Shown piece after piece: positions 41,037 to 50,415 of a stretch of 64,000 nucleotides of DNA (position 1 is its first letter; each line of letters begins with the position of its first letter). The position numbers and the translations under genes are program-made. Source of the DNA: Oceanispirochaeta sp. (lineage in GTDB: Bacteria > Spirochaetota > Spirochaetia > DSM-2461); assembly GCA_963663385.2 (NCBI GenBank), contig CAXXXD010000001.1, forward strand, positions 480,001 to 544,000, written 5' to 3'. Under the pieces are notes generated by a model. That model had not been told where the DNA came from and made no database searches. It worked only from the letters and a program-made list of their open reading frames with translations.

Positions 41037-42536
41037 ATGAATTTGTTAATTGAAGGTTTTCAGCAGCTTTTTCAGTTGTCTAACTTTATAGCCATGAATA
41101 TTGGACTTCTTCTGGGTATGATTTTCGGAGCCATTCCAGGGCTGACAGTCATACTCTGTATCGTACTTTTTCTTCCCTTCACCTACTCCATGGGAGCCAT
41201 TCAGTCTTTTATGTTTCTTCTGGGGATGTACTGTGCCGGAAGCTACGGCGGTTCCATTTCTGCCATACTGATAAAAACGCCGGGAACACCCCACGCCACA
41301 GCCACCATGTTGGACGGATACCCCCTCTCCCAGAGAGGCCAGACTCACAAGGCCCTGAATCTGGCTCTTCAGGCCTCCACCTTCGGAGGGTGTGTCAGTG
41401 CATTGGTTCTTCTCTTCCTGGCTCCCCAGGTCAGTCTTTTCGCCCAGAAGATGGGAACCCCCGAGTATTTCCTGGTCTGCGCCTTTGGTCTTACCATCAT
41501 TGCCGGCGTATCGGGAAAGACCCTGACCAACGGTATCATAGCCGGAGCCCTGGGCCTTTTTGTGGCAACCATCGGACTTGATCCCATGACCAGCAACACC
41601 CGATTTATCTTTGATAACATCAACCTCTACTCCGGATTTGATCTTGTTATCTGCCTGATCGGTCTCTTTGCCCTGAGCGAAGTTCTGAACAAGAGCAAAA
41701 AAATAAAAAAGGTAAAGGAAGTGAATCTCCATAAAGAGGAGAAAGAGCTGAACGCCATCACAAAGGCGGATTATAAAAAAATGGCCCGTCCGGCCATACT
41801 CTCCTCCCTGATTGGCGTACTCATCGGTATCGTTCCCGGAACAGGTGCTTCTATGGCCTCCTTTGTCAGCTACGACCGGGCTAAAAGAATGAGCAAGACA
41901 CCCGAAGAGTTCGGAAATGGTTCCATCGAGGGCATTGCAGCCACCGAAACAGCCAATAATGCGGTAACGGGGGCCACCCTGATTCCCCTTTTGACCCTGG
42001 GGATCCCCGGCGACGCCTCGGTCGCCATTATGCTGGGAGCCTTGATGATCAACGGTCTGACTCCGGGGCCCAAGCTCTTCGCCGATCATGGGGTGACCAT
42101 GTACGCCATCATGCTGGGGCTGATCTTCGTTAATATCTTTATGTTTCTGCAGGGTAAGTTTCTGACCCGGCTCTTCGCAAGAATTATAAAGATACCCATT
42201 GCCGTACTGACACCGGTTATCGTTATTTTCTGCTTTGCTGGAGCCTACTCGGTCAAGTCTTCCCTGTTCGATATCCAGGTGGCTATCGTCTTCGCCGTCC
42301 TGGCCTATATTCTGAATAAGCTGCAAATGCCGGTTATCCCGGTACTCCTGGGGCTGGTTCTGGGGCCCATCACCGAAGAGAACTTCCGGCGGGCCCTGGT
42401 CCTTTCGGACGGAAGCTGGAAGATTTTCGCCTCCTCTCCTATCAGCATAGTCCTGCTGGCGGTTATCGCCCTCTCCCTGTTTGTCATTATCAAGGGAAAG
42501 ATCAGTGAGGAGACAGCAGAGCCGGAAGTCCCTTGA
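41037..42536 (+). CDS. tctA: TTT large permease TctA
   Basis: GAIPGL, YGGSISAIL..PGTP, DGYP, ETANNA, P.LTLGIPG. Confidence 0.93.
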   Translation: MNLLIEGFQQLFQLSNFIAMNIGLLLGMIFGAIPGLTVILCIVLFLPFTYSMGAIQSFMFLLGMYCAGSYGGSISAILIKTPGTPHATATMLDGYPLSQRGQTHKALNLALQASTFGGCVSALVLLFLAPQVSLFAQKMGTPEYFLVCAFGLTIIAGVSGKTLTNGIIAGALGLFVATIGLDPMTSNTRFIFDNINLYSGFDLVICLIGLFALSEVLNKSKKIKKVKEVNLHKEEKELNAITKADYKKMARPAILSSLIGVLIGIVPGTGASMASFVSYDRAKRMSKTPEEFGNGSIEGIAATETANNAVTGATLIPLLTLGIPGDASVAIMLGALMINGLTPGPKLFADHGVTMYAIMLGLIFVNIFMFLQGKFLTRLFARIIKIPIAVLTPVIVIFCFAGAYSVKSSLFDIQVAIVFAVLAYILNKLQMPVIPVLLGLVLGPITEENFRRALVLSDGSWKIFASSPISIVLLAVIALSLFVIIKGKISEETAEPEVP

Positions 42537-42587
42537 AGTTTGCAGCATCACATAAAGATATAAACTATATAGATAAGGATCAACAAA

Positions 42588-43979
42588 ATGCATAAGCCTA
42601 ACATAATATTTTACTTCTCCGATCAGCAGAGAGCCGATACCTGCGGCTGCTATGGTCAGGAGCTGGAAATCACCCCCAATCTGGACCGCTTTGCCGACGA
42701 GGGGATACGATTCGAACATGCCTTTACAGCCCAGCCTGTCTGCGGCCCCTGCCGCGCTCTTTTTCAAACGGGGCTTTATCCCACCTCTACAGGCTGTTTC
42801 CGGAATAATGTGGCCCTTCCTCTCGATGCGAAAACTCTGGGTCACTATTTTACCGATGCCGGCTATGAGACCGCCTATGTGGGTAAATGGCATCTTGCTT
42901 CAGACGGAGATCTGGAATCAAAGCCAACGGTAGATTATCACCACTCCGCCATCCCTCCCGAACGGCGGGGCGGATACACCGGTTACTGGCGTGTGTCGGA
43001 TGTCCTGGAATTCACCTCCAACGGATACGGAGGCTACCTCTTTGATGAGAATATGGAACGTCACGAGTTTTCGGGCTATAGAGTGGACTGCATCACCAGC
43101 TACGCCCTGGATTTTCTGAAAGGAAGAGCAAAGGACAAACCCTTCTTTCTGACAGTATCCCATATTGAGCCTCATCACCAGAATGATGCCGGACACTACC
43201 AGGGTCCTGAAGGTTCTAAGGAAAAGTTCAAAAACTATAAAGCGCCCGGAGATCTTCAGGGTCTGGAGGGAGATTATCAGGAAGAATACCCTGACTACCT
43301 GGGAGCCTGTGAAAGTGTGGACCGGAATTTCGGACGCATGATTAAATACCTGAAGGACGAAGGGATCTATGAGGACACGGTGATCATCTTCAGTTCCGAT
43401 CATGGTTCCCACTTTCGCACCCGCAACCAGGATGAGCATCTGTCCGGCTATGATGACTATAAACGGACCGGCCACGACTCGGCTCTCCGGGTTCCTCTGG
43501 TCATCAGAGGCGGAGCTTTTAAGGGCGGAAAGGTCGTTCGGGATCTGGTCAGTACGGCGGGCATACCCAAAACTCTTCTCTCCATAGCAGGGATACCGGA
43601 AGACGATAACAGGCCCATGGTGGGAGAAGATCTTCAGGAAGTAGCCGAAGGTCGTATCCCTGACAGGAAGAACGAAGTCTTCGCACAGATCTCAGAAAGC
43701 CGGGTGGGAAGGGTAATCCGAACCCCCGAATACACTTACGGTGTCTATGCCCCCGGAAAACATGGCGGAAAGGAGCAGAAGAGCGATGAATATGCCGATG
43801 ACTACCTCTATAATCTGAAGGCTGATCCGCACCAGAAGAAGAACCTTGCTGCGGATCCGGACTACCGGGAGGCAAAGGCAGAACTGAGAGAACGCCTTTT
43901 AAACTGGATCGCAGAGACCGAATACGGCGGAGACAGAACGCAGGTCAGAATCATAGATGATATTTCCGTCAGGAGCTGA
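42588..43979 (+). CDS. Cys-type formylglycine-dependent (S1) sulfatase, cytoplasmic
   Basis: KPNII..SDQQR, CGPCR (CxPxR) followed by TG, GKWHL, PH, SDHG; no signal peptide. Confidence 0.92.
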   Translation: MHKPNIIFYFSDQQRADTCGCYGQELEITPNLDRFADEGIRFEHAFTAQPVCGPCRALFQTGLYPTSTGCFRNNVALPLDAKTLGHYFTDAGYETAYVGKWHLASDGDLESKPTVDYHHSAIPPERRGGYTGYWRVSDVLEFTSNGYGGYLFDENMERHEFSGYRVDCITSYALDFLKGRAKDKPFFLTVSHIEPHHQNDAGHYQGPEGSKEKFKNYKAPGDLQGLEGDYQEEYPDYLGACESVDRNFGRMIKYLKDEGIYEDTVIIFSSDHGSHFRTRNQDEHLSGYDDYKRTGHDSALRVPLVIRGGAFKGGKVVRDLVSTAGIPKTLLSIAGIPEDDNRPMVGEDLQEVAEGRIPDRKNEVFAQISESRVGRVIRTPEYTYGVYAPGKHGGKEQKSDEYADDYLYNLKADPHQKKNLAADPDYREAKAELRERLLNWIAETEYGGDRTQVRIIDDISVRS

Positions 43980-44117
43980 CGTTGATTCCGGCCCCATATT
44001 ACCCGGCCTGGTTATATGGGGGCGGAGTTGAAGCTCCCCGAAGCAGGACCAAAGGCGCAAATGATCGGATTTGACATATGCTCCATTCCCCTGTAGCTTT
44101 GTAGTAAGGATCAGAAC

Positions 44118-45257
44118 TTGGCTGAAGTTGATGAATTGAAAGAGTTTCTCCCCCCACAGAAAAAATACCTCAAAGTTTACGAGTATCTGCTGGTCTATAT
44201 TGATCAGAATAAATTCTCAGAGAACAACAAGCTTCCCTCAGAGAATTTTCTCTGCCGAAAATTTTCAGTCAGCAGAGAGACCGTCCGCAATGCCGTAAGG
44301 CTCCTGAATGAGGAAGGACGGATTTCCTCGGTCAGGGGAAGCGGAAGCTATTTTGACAGGAACTTCGCCCTCAAGAAAAAGATGCAACATGACATAAGCA
44401 AAACACGCATAGGTTTTATAACACAGGGGCATGACTACAACACAAGTTCCAATCTGGCCAGGGGGATAAAGCATGCTTTGAATAAAGAGACAGTGGATTT
44501 GAAGATCTTTATGACAGATAACAAACTGAGCAACGAAAGGCTTTGCCTTGAATCCTGCTCCACCGGTTTCGACGGCCTGATCATAGACGGGGTAAAGGCC
44601 AGTATAATGAATCCCAACCTCGACTGTTATCAGAAGATAGACCGTCACGAAACCCGTCTTCTATTCTTCAATAACTACTATATGGGAACCTCCTATCCCC
44701 GGGTCATCATAGATGATGCTCTCTGTGCGGATGAACTTGTTCGCAGACTGACTGAAAAGGGTCATCGGCATATTGCCGGGATTTTCATGTACGATAACTA
44801 TCAGGGGCAGGAAAAGTATAACGGATTTATGAGATCCCTTTTAAAATACGGTGCGGTATTCAAGGATGAATATGTAAAGTGGTGTATTTCCGATGAAAGT
44901 TACGGAAAAAAGGCCTTTCCCCGCAGCCTCTGGAAGTTCATACATAATCTTCCCAAGGTTACAGCCGTGGTGTGCTGTAACTATATGATTCTCAAAATGA
45001 TTCAGGAGGTTTTCAGGGAAAGGAGTATTCGGGTACCGGAGGACTACTCGATTGTCTGTTTTGACTACTCAAGCACGGACTGGCAGAAAAGCCGGATCAC
45101 TGCTTCTGTCCATCCGGGCTTCGATATGGGGGTAAAAGTGGGACAGACTATTCTGCAAATGGTAGAGGACCCCGATTTCAGGAAGAGGGATTACTCCTAT
45201 ACGTTTCAACCGCGGATTCATGAAGGGTGTTCCATTATAGATATTGGTAAATATTAA
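44118..45257 (+). CDS. GntR-HTH/LacI-sensor regulator (AraR-like)
   Basis: KLPSENFL..VSRETVRNA..GSGS; VPEDYSIVCFD. Confidence 0.88.
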   Translation: MAEVDELKEFLPPQKKYLKVYEYLLVYIDQNKFSENNKLPSENFLCRKFSVSRETVRNAVRLLNEEGRISSVRGSGSYFDRNFALKKKMQHDISKTRIGFITQGHDYNTSSNLARGIKHALNKETVDLKIFMTDNKLSNERLCLESCSTGFDGLIIDGVKASIMNPNLDCYQKIDRHETRLLFFNNYYMGTSYPRVIIDDALCADELVRRLTEKGHRHIAGIFMYDNYQGQEKYNGFMRSLLKYGAVFKDEYVKWCISDESYGKKAFPRSLWKFIHNLPKVTAVVCCNYMILKMIQEVFRERSIRVPEDYSIVCFDYSSTDWQKSRITASVHPGFDMGVKVGQTILQMVEDPDFRKRDYSYTFQPRIHEGCSIIDIGKY

Positions 45258-45349
45258 AACAATTAGTATTCTAATAAAATACATGAGTATAAAATCTTTA
45301 CTTCCTTTTGCCTGGCCAATATGATAGAAATTATCAACCATGTTAGCTA

Positions 45350-45377
45350 TTGACATTTGTTTTGTGCACGATATAAT
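45350..45377 (+). promoter_or_regulatory. Sigma70 promoter of rpsU
   Basis: TTGACA, 16 bp, TATAAT. Confidence 0.7.
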
Positions 45378-45405
45378 TTCTACATTGTAAAGTAAGGAGT
45401 ATTTT

Positions 45406-45615
45406 TTGGCACATATAGAAATTTATGATGATGAACCTCTTGAAAAAGCACTTAAAAGGTTTAAGAGAAAAGTTGAAAAAGAAGGTATCATTAGGGAATT
45501 TAAAAAAAGACAGTATTATCAGAAACCCTCAGCCAAACGCCATGAACAGGAGAAGTCAAGGCAAAGGAAAGAGTTAAAAAAGCTTAGAAAGCTTGACCGG
45601 CGTAAGTTGTATTAA
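45406..45615 (+). CDS. rpsU: 30S ribosomal protein S21
   Basis: EKALKRFKRKVEKEGII.E.KKR.YY.KPS; TTG start after AAGGAG. Confidence 0.95.
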   Translation: MAHIEIYDDEPLEKALKRFKRKVEKEGIIREFKKRQYYQKPSAKRHEQEKSRQRKELKKLRKLDRRKLY

Positions 45616-45826
45616 GAATAATATTGGTTAAGTATCTCATCTTTTGCCAGTTTGGGGCTGTCTTGTGAGCTGTTGGGTAGACAGCCCTAATGTGTGTCAT
45701 TATTTCTTGTTGACATCAATTCCAGGTGTTTTTCTCCATTTCACCTGCTTATTCTGAAACAAACTGTCAACAGCGGTGAAAAAGTTCCTCATTTCAACGG
45801 TTTAAAAGTTCCGCTTCTGGGTAAAA

Positions 45827-46591
45827 TTAAACAGGATCAACGATCCCTATTTTCAACCGGTCTTTCATCCGGTATGAATCCCCTTTAAGACTCAGGACAT
45901 GTGCATGGTGAAGGAGCCTGTCTATAGTCGCTGTCGCAATGGCTTCATCATCCAGAATCTCAGCCCAACGACCGAAAGACTTGTTTGTGGTGATGATCAT
46001 ACTGCCTTGTTCATAGCGGGTGTTTACAATCTGAAAAAACAAGTTGGCCTGTTCTTTCGTCAGGTTCTCGTAGCCAACTTCATCGATAAGGATGAGATGA
46101 GGCTTTCTAAGCCAGGTAAGCCGTCGCTTCAACCGCCCCTGCTCCCGGGCATGGGTCAGATTCTCCATCAGATCGATGCAGCTTGTATACCATACAGTAT
46201 AACCATTCTGACAGGCTTTATGAGCCAGAGCTAGCATCAAATGGGTTTTACCCAATCCACTTGGCCCCATCAGTACTAGATTTTCCTTTCTTTCAATGAA
46301 AGCCAGACTAGAAAACTCTGCCAGTTGAGCAGCGGTCAATCCTCCCTTCAACCAGGATAGGTCGAAGTCCTCTAATAGCTTGATCGATGGCATTCCAGAG
46401 AGCTTCAGACGGCTTTTTGCAGCTCTCTCCTTACGGGGAACGTACTCCAGTTCCAATAGGTCTGCAATTGACTGAGAGAGAGTGTTTTCTGTGTGAGATT
46501 GAGCTTCAAGGAAGCTCTCCAACCCCGCCGCCATAAACTCCAGCCCTAAGTCGTTCATCCTGATCTCTATGGTCTCCTGCAGTACATTCAT
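45827..46591 (-). CDS. istB: IS21 helper ATPase
   Basis: GPSGLGKTH, LIDEVGY, TTN, A..DRLLHH, GDSYR. Confidence 0.95.
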   Translation of the reverse strand: MNVLQETIEIRMNDLGLEFMAAGLESFLEAQSHTENTLSQSIADLLELEYVPRKERAAKSRLKLSGMPSIKLLEDFDLSWLKGGLTAAQLAEFSSLAFIERKENLVLMGPSGLGKTHLMLALAHKACQNGYTVWYTSCIDLMENLTHAREQGRLKRRLTWLRKPHLILIDEVGYENLTKEQANLFFQIVNTRYEQGSMIITTNKSFGRWAEILDDEAIATATIDRLLHHAHVLSLKGDSYRMKDRLKIGIVDPV

Positions 46592-47871
46592 GCTGTTACC
46601 CCCATAAGCTTGTCGTAGCTTTCAGGATGGCGTGTATCAACCTCTGTATGCATCAATGATGACCTGGGAGTATTCTTTATTTCCGGGACACTGGCAACGA
46701 CATTCCTTTTTGTCATGCGATTCTCTTTCTTCCAGCGTTTAACCAGTGAGTCGGTATCAATCTTTCGGATAGATTCTAATTTCGCACCTTTTGTCAGAAG
46801 CTTGAAGGTTCTAACAGGGGCCCCATCAATGAAGATAGCGGCAGTTCTTGCCAGCGTATCTACTTTCAGTGTCGCAACTTGTCCTATGAAGTCCGCGGGA
46901 ATGCTGTACTTGTTTGATTCAAAACGAATAAACCCTTCTCTGGAGACAAGCAGTTCTTTAACCAGCCTTACATCTGGAGCTGCCTCAGGGTTCCAAGGGT
47001 TCATAAACTGCCTTTCGTACTCAAATCTCTCTTTTCGAGTCTGTTTAAATTGGCTCATCTGCTGTTCCACTACTGTTTTGATCCATTTGGAGACAGTCAG
47101 GTTTAAATCGTTTATTGAGCGGCTCTTCATTGCTTCTTCACGGATCAAGAAGTTGTGGCCCAGGTAACCGATAAAACGCTCTACCTTTCCCTTAGTTTGC
47201 GGTCTACGAACTTGGCAGCGAAGAGGAGTGAAACCACAGGCTGAAGCAAAGGCCAGGAGCTTTGAGTTCACGTGCCAGACACCGCCGTTGTTGTACCAGG
47301 CTGTTCTCATGTTGTCGTAAAGAATTTCCTTCGGAACAGCACCGAAGAACCGGAATGCCATCAGATGGGCTTGGAGCAATGTCGGCGAGGTCATATCCAA
47401 GGAGAAAAGGACAAACGGGATCCTACTATATCCCAGCAGCATGACAAATGCATATACTTTCTGAAGTTTGCCATCAATCTCCATTTTTCCGCATTCTTTC
47501 CAGTCAACTTGGGCCTGTCTTCCCGGCTCTGTTTCAAAGCGGATTACTGCTTTCTCAATCAGTTTCTTCCTGTACTTCCGGGCATAGTCACGTAGGATTG
47601 TCATTTTTCCAGAATAACCGGAGTTTTGTAGTCTCTCATGAAGATAAACGAGGTTGAAGTATGGATCATTTTCCAAGGTATCTTCTATTATGGGGTAGAA
47701 TGGTTTAAGGATGCTTTCCCGGGATTTCCTGGGACGGGTTCTGAAGTCCGGATTCAGGTATTTCCTTACCATCCGGTCGCTGACACCAAGATACTCAGCG
47801 ATATACTTTTGAGTATGGCCTTCGTTGGCCATGATGCGTGCTACATGCATGCGATCTTCCTTTTGACACAT
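46588..47871 (-). CDS. istA: IS21 DDE transposase
   Basis: RFETEPGRQAQVDW, LGYSR, YDN, PQTKGKVER. Confidence 0.95.
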   Translation of the reverse strand: MCQKEDRMHVARIMANEGHTQKYIAEYLGVSDRMVRKYLNPDFRTRPRKSRESILKPFYPIIEDTLENDPYFNLVYLHERLQNSGYSGKMTILRDYARKYRKKLIEKAVIRFETEPGRQAQVDWKECGKMEIDGKLQKVYAFVMLLGYSRIPFVLFSLDMTSPTLLQAHLMAFRFFGAVPKEILYDNMRTAWYNNGGVWHVNSKLLAFASACGFTPLRCQVRRPQTKGKVERFIGYLGHNFLIREEAMKSRSINDLNLTVSKWIKTVVEQQMSQFKQTRKERFEYERQFMNPWNPEAAPDVRLVKELLVSREGFIRFESNKYSIPADFIGQVATLKVDTLARTAAIFIDGAPVRTFKLLTKGAKLESIRKIDTDSLVKRWKKENRMTKRNVVASVPEIKNTPRSSLMHTEVDTRHPESYDKLMGVTA

Positions 47872-48101
47872 AGGGGCAGGTTCCTTTTGTAGTAGGTGTG
47901 GTAATCTCTACTTTAGGATATTTGCCCCTTTTTATGTCAGTAAAAGCGGAACTTTTTCGCCGCTGAATGTAGGAACTCTAGCACCGTTGCTCACACAAAC
48001 CTGTTTGAAGCGAAAATATACCTTTCGGGCTATCGGGTTTTTCTGTATCCGGGACTATCAGTGGATAGTTAAGAGGATGTGTATTTAAGGACATAAAATT
48101 C

Positions 48102-48155
48102 TTGAAAGATAACAAATCAAGTGTTATATTCTTCAATATGCGAAAAAATATTCGT
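48102..48155 (+). promoter_or_regulatory. Promoter with a possible operator (CGAA-N6-TTCG) for the wHTH-permease operon
   Basis: TTGAAA, 17 bp, TATATT with TG extension; short dyad downstream. Confidence 0.45.
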
Positions 48156-48169
48156 GAAAAGAGCTTCTT

Positions 48170-48475
48170 GTGAAAGAGGAGAAATGGACATTCTTTACAA
48201 ACTACTCACATATTCTGTTCTATGTTTACACTCATCCTGAGCTTCCCATGAGGGAGATAGCCTTGAAGGTGGGGATAACGGAGAGAGCCGTACAGAATAT
48301 TATCAGGGATTTAATCCAGGCCGGTATTCTGTCCATTGAAAAAGTGGGAAGAAACAACCGGTACAACGTGAACAAGGATATCCCGTTACGCCACCCGATA
48401 GAATCTCACAGAAGTATTTCAGATTTGCTTGAATTCATAAATAACAGGAAAGGAGGGGCAGATGGCTCATCTTAA
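48170..48475 (+). CDS. Small winged-helix regulator
   Basis: WTFFTN.SH..MREIA..VGITERAVQ.II.DL..G..K.GR.NRY..PLRHP. Confidence 0.85.
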   Translation: MKEEKWTFFTNYSHILFYVYTHPELPMREIALKVGITERAVQNIIRDLIQAGILSIEKVGRNNRYNVNKDIPLRHPIESHRSISDLLEFINNRKGGADGSS

Positions 48476-50300
48476 GAGAGAAATCAGTGCCTTTGGTGTT
48501 TTCAGTATAGCAGGAGGAGCCATGATCAGCTCCGGGATTTTTATCCTGCCCGGATTGGCTTATTCCATGGTGGGGCCGGGACTGTTTATCTCCTATCTTA
48601 TCGCCGGGTTTCTGGGATTAATCGGTATATTGAGCATGATTGAACTGGCTACAGCTATGCCCAAGGCCGGAGGGGATTATTACTATATCAATAAATCCTT
48701 CGGTCCCATGCTGGGGTCAGTATCAGGCTTTCTGGGATGGTTCGCCCTATCGCTGAAGAGCGCTTTCGCTATCTTCGGTATAACGGAAATCCTGTACCTG
48801 TCAACAGGTTTTCCGCCTCTGTTAAGCGGGGTTATCCTCTGTATCCTGTTTGTTGTTCTTAACATTATAGGTGCGAAAGAAGCCGCCGTATTTCAGATAG
48901 GCATGGTTCTTATGCTGCTGGGGTTGATGATCTTATACATTATAACGGGTCTTCCTCACCTGAACAGAGCGTATTTCGATCTGTCTCAGGGGGGCGATTT
49001 TAATACCCTTTTTATAACATCAGGTTTTATCTTCATTTCCTTTGGAGGATTGCTGAAGGTTGCCAATATTTCAGAAGAGGTGAAAAATCCTAAAAGGAAT
49101 CTCCCCCTGGGTATGATAAGCGCTATTATAGTTGTGACGGTTCTCTATGTTCTCATGATTATCGTTATGACTGGAACGCTGTCTCCCGAACTGTTTAAAA
49201 CCAGTACGACACCTGTAGCGGACTCGGCCAGGATTACTTTGGGGAACCCCGGTTACCTGATTATCCTGGCGGCGTCCACTCTGGCTTTTTTTTCCACAGC
49301 CAATGCGGGAATTATGGCGGCTTCGCGCTATCCCCTGGCCTTGAGCGCAGACAAACTCATACCGCCTTTTATGGGACGCATCAGTTCCCGGACGAAAACC
49401 CCGGTGCCGGCTATCATTATTACAGGAATATTGATTTTTATCGCTCTGCGGCTTCCTCTTGAGAGTCTGGTTAAAGCAGCCTCCACCGTTATTCTAAGTT
49501 CCTATGTGTTAACGAATCTGTCAGTGATTATCTTCAGAGAGAGCAAACTGACTAATTACTCTCCCAGCTACAAAGCCCCTTTATATCCCTGGCTTCAGAT
49601 TTTTTCCGTTTTACTTTTTTCTTTTTTCATAGTTGATATGGGGCTTTCTGCCGTTGAAATCAGTATGTCTCTCTTACTGATCGGTTTCGGCTCTTATGTT
49701 TTCTACGGTAGACATCGTGCCGATAAAGAGTCGGCTTTGATCCACCTCATGAGGCGGATTGCGGATGATCAGCTGGTAAAGGAAAGTTTCGAAGACGACT
49801 TCAGGGAGATTATTATCGACAGGGATAATATCGAACAGGATAATTTTGATCATCTGCTGAAAAAAGCGAAGATTATTGATCTTGAGGGTCATTATGACTA
49901 TCCAACCATGCTTAAGATTGTAGTGAAGGATATAGCCGATGAAGCGGGGATGCCGAAAGAGGAGCTGATAAAGAGGTTTGAGGAAAAACAGAAACGGGAC
50001 AATACGGCGCTGACCCCCTTTCTGGCCGTACCGCATATCATTATTGACGGAAAGGAAAAAATGTTTATGACCGTCGTAAGGGCGAAGGAAGGTGTATGCT
50101 TTACAAAAGAGGAAGACTCGGTAAAGGCTATTTTCCTTATGGGCGGTTCCTCAGATGTCAGAATGCTTCATCTGAAGACGATTGCAGCTATTGCGTCTCT
50201 GGTCATTCAGCCGGATTTTGAAAAGAAATGGCTTGAGATAAAGAATCAGGTGAAGCTGAAAAACCTCCTCCTGATTAACGAAAGGAGAAGGTATTATTGA
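48462..50300 (+). CDS. APC-superfamily permease fused to a C-terminal PTS EIIA (Fru/Ntr-type) domain
   Basis: GAMISSGIFILPG, ELATAMPKAGG, SEEVKNPKRNLP; C-terminal TA....AVPH and HLKTIAAIA. Confidence 0.85.
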   Translation: MAHLKREISAFGVFSIAGGAMISSGIFILPGLAYSMVGPGLFISYLIAGFLGLIGILSMIELATAMPKAGGDYYYINKSFGPMLGSVSGFLGWFALSLKSAFAIFGITEILYLSTGFPPLLSGVILCILFVVLNIIGAKEAAVFQIGMVLMLLGLMILYIITGLPHLNRAYFDLSQGGDFNTLFITSGFIFISFGGLLKVANISEEVKNPKRNLPLGMISAIIVVTVLYVLMIIVMTGTLSPELFKTSTTPVADSARITLGNPGYLIILAASTLAFFSTANAGIMAASRYPLALSADKLIPPFMGRISSRTKTPVPAIIITGILIFIALRLPLESLVKAASTVILSSYVLTNLSVIIFRESKLTNYSPSYKAPLYPWLQIFSVLLFSFFIVDMGLSAVEISMSLLLIGFGSYVFYGRHRADKESALIHLMRRIADDQLVKESFEDDFREIIIDRDNIEQDNFDHLLKKAKIIDLEGHYDYPTMLKIVVKDIADEAGMPKEELIKRFEEKQKRDNTALTPFLAVPHIIIDGKEKMFMTVVRAKEGVCFTKEEDSVKAIFLMGGSSDVRMLHLKTIAAIASLVIQPDFEKKWLEIKNQVKLKNLLLINERRRYY

Positions 50301-50344
50301 TGATATTCTACTTGAATGGGATATAGGTTATCAGACAGAGGATA

Positions 50345-50392
50345 AAAAATCGGAACTCAGATTTTTCATTATGAATCATAGGAGTTCCGATT
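50345..50392. terminator. Hairpin/terminator between convergent genes
   Basis: AATCGGAACTC...GAGTTCCGATT; U-tract on the minus strand. Confidence 0.55.
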
Positions 50393-50415
50393 GGAGGTGG
50401 ACGTATGAACTTTTA

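Larger units (their letters stand above)
45765..47995 (-). mobile_element. Intact IS21-family insertion sequence
   Basis: TGT...ACA ends; about 52 bp imperfect IRs each with two AGTTCC-containing repeats; 5-bp target duplication CAAAC (45760-64 and 47996-48000); istA-istB. Confidence 0.95.

Noticed and set aside
41046..42893. 615 aa antisense ORF over tctA and the sulfatase
   Set aside because: Shadow frame of well-supported plus-strand genes; no recognisable motifs
45740..45770. Outward-facing TTGACA at the IS21 end as a hybrid promoter antisense to rpsU
   Set aside because: No acceptable -10 box at 16-18 bp in the flank
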